Below, piece by piece: positions 62,177 through 64,000 of a stretch of 64,000 nt of DNA; the stretch's first letter is position 1; the number at the start of each line of letters is the position of its first letter. The notes below the pieces were generated by a model. It saw nothing but the letters and a program-made list of their open reading frames with translations, ran no database searches and was not told where the DNA came from. The translations under genes were made by a program, and so were the position numbers. Source of the stretch: Hydrolagus affinis (Eukaryota). The DNA lies in assembly GCA_012026655.1 (NCBI GenBank), contig JAAILG010000132.1, positions 1 through 64,000 of the forward strand, given 5' to 3'.

Positions 62177-64000
62177 GTAAGTCTCAGCGTTCTCACTGGT
62201 TTTTTTCCTTTTCCACTTGTCAGTCGTAGGAAAGGACAAGCAGAAATAAAAGTGCGGCAGATCATTAAAAAAAGGGAAAGAGAGCTCCAGATGGTGAAAA
62301 TAATGTACAATTGACCTTCATATTACTGATAGGGAACACACTTCATTATTAAAACTTTTGGTTAAACCGTCATGAACTAACTATAGTATTAACTCTTAGA
62401 TGGACAGGGGCTGTTGGCTCTAGGATTTGGTATAAGTGTAAAATTAAGCACTTTACTGTTGAAGTTTTTAGACATTTTGGTTAATTACTTTTTCAGAAAT
62501 TGTACTCTCCTTCAGATCCATATTTCAAGGCTACTAAATTACTTTCTGATAGTATTTATTTTCTTTATTTTAGAAGGGTTTCACATATGTTGTTTTCTCA
62601 CAAAGAATAGAACTTAGCAGCACTCATACGGTTAAAGACGACAGGATCATTATTTCTTTTACAAAACTGAAACAATTTTTTAAAAAAACTGTTAAATTTG
62701 TCTGTGTGAAATGATGCCTGGAGCGCTATTCTTTGTATATGAGTTTGACAAAGAAATATAATGTTATGCAAAAGAAGTTTGTGTAATTTGAAATTAATCA
62801 GCATTAATATTGTATATGGTGTAATTTATCAAGATTTGTTAATGACTTTCTTGATTTGACAGCCTTCATCATGGGGTGGGTGTGGGGGGGAGAAAGGAGA
62901 AAGGGAACTCCAGTGCAGAGCATATTATCTGGACAATGAAATGACATGATTTGGAGATCCTGAAAATCTTTTAGTTTTATACATTCTCTAAGAATATTAG
63001 AATAATCATCCATTCAAATTAATTTTTTTTTTGGAGGGGCTCTCGAAGTTTCAGTGTTACCTATCTAAAATGTAAAGTTTTATATTGTGATTTGTCAAAC
63101 AATATGACAATAGTAGATTCTAAATGTCTATTTCTTTGTCATAAATAAAATGTTTTCATTTATTTTTAAATGTCTTTGCCCCCTCCCCCACCCCCTTGTT
63201 GACAGCATTTGGGCCCATGTAGGGACAGTTGATGCTGTTTTCTACTAATCTTTCATTTAATAAAGTTTGGATTTCATCATATTGTTGAAGGAACGCATTT
63301 CAAGGCGATACTTTATAGATCAACTATTATTTGTCTGTATCCTTCAGTTAATTTTCCAAAAAAACAAATAATGAAAAATTAGAACTTTTCAACAATGATT
63401 TATTCATCTGTTGAAATTGCAGTGCTATGGAATTCTGTGGGGAAAAGAACTCATTATAGAACAAGTTTTATTTCCTTAAAATAAAAGCATGTGCCTTGGC
63501 ATACAAAGCACAGGAATGATATTATGACTTTCTCATTGTAAAATAAACATGCTTCCCTATGCATAGGCCAATTCTCAAGTTAACACTTTAAGCAGGCAGC
63601 GTGAACATTATATTAACAATAATTCAACATTACATAAACCTAAAGATATGCTGCATGGAAATATTTAAGTGAAGTATAGAATGTGCCTTGGTGTAACTGA
63701 GCTACATGTGTAAACTAGATTTGCAGGCATACCAAAATTAAAGCAAGCTGAACATAGTAGTTTGTCTGGCAGACTGAGAAAATACATGACTGCATATTGG
63801 TAGCAAAATAATCTCAGTGCTATTCTTACTTTATACATAATCTGCCACATTCTTTAAAATAGATCAAGGGTATTATTGTGTAAAAGACCTGCAGCAGCCA
63901 AAAATTACAGTTTCTTATATATAGGTGGTAGTCCACAGTTTGTAAATAGACTGACGTGATTAAATTAGACATCTACATGAGCATGTAATATAGATTATTG

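Noticed and set aside
678-63850. ORFs in the supplied six-frame track, including 13269-13709, 13493-13933 and 43992-44498
   Set aside because: Short, no recognisable domains, many overlap SINE/LINE relics or N gaps; the real exons are in frames or sizes the track does not list.
1-64000. CRISPR array, operon or other prokaryotic system
   Set aside because: No regularly spaced repeats and no dense coding; recurring sequences are dispersed retroposon tails in vertebrate intronic DNA.

Overview
AT-rich vertebrate genomic DNA; the retroposon families point to a cartilaginous fish, probably a chimaera (inference). No ORF in the supplied track is a real gene. The window lies inside one intron-rich + strand gene, an intron-containing Sowah (sosondowah ankyrin-repeat) gene, of which about 280 coding nt are spread over about 55 kb. 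I found three ordinary exons (27535-27621, 34378-34450, 62081-62176) and five candidate microexons: 12 nt (DFNS, 7359-7370) and four single-codon exons (G 10955-10957, F 14424-14426, H 30727-30729, G 31020-31022). All eight have AG acceptors and GTAAGT donors. Spliced, they read DFNS-G-F-TALHWAAKHGKEKMAEMIAKTGIDVNVKS-H-G-GYTALHIAALHGHRHIILLLINTY-NAKPNIRDYYGKMPLHYWKGSEDLFKPASLQS, which restores the SOWAH ankyrin motifs DFxSGFTALHW and SHGGYT. The introns hold tRNA-derived SINEs, L2 and CR1 LINE relics, Tigger- and Harbinger-like MITEs, a Penelope-like inverted repeat with a decayed hammerhead ribozyme core, microsatellites, two assembly gaps, and repeat-free blocks that may be Irx enhancers. 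Family names for repeats and protein comparisons come from memory, not from database searches.
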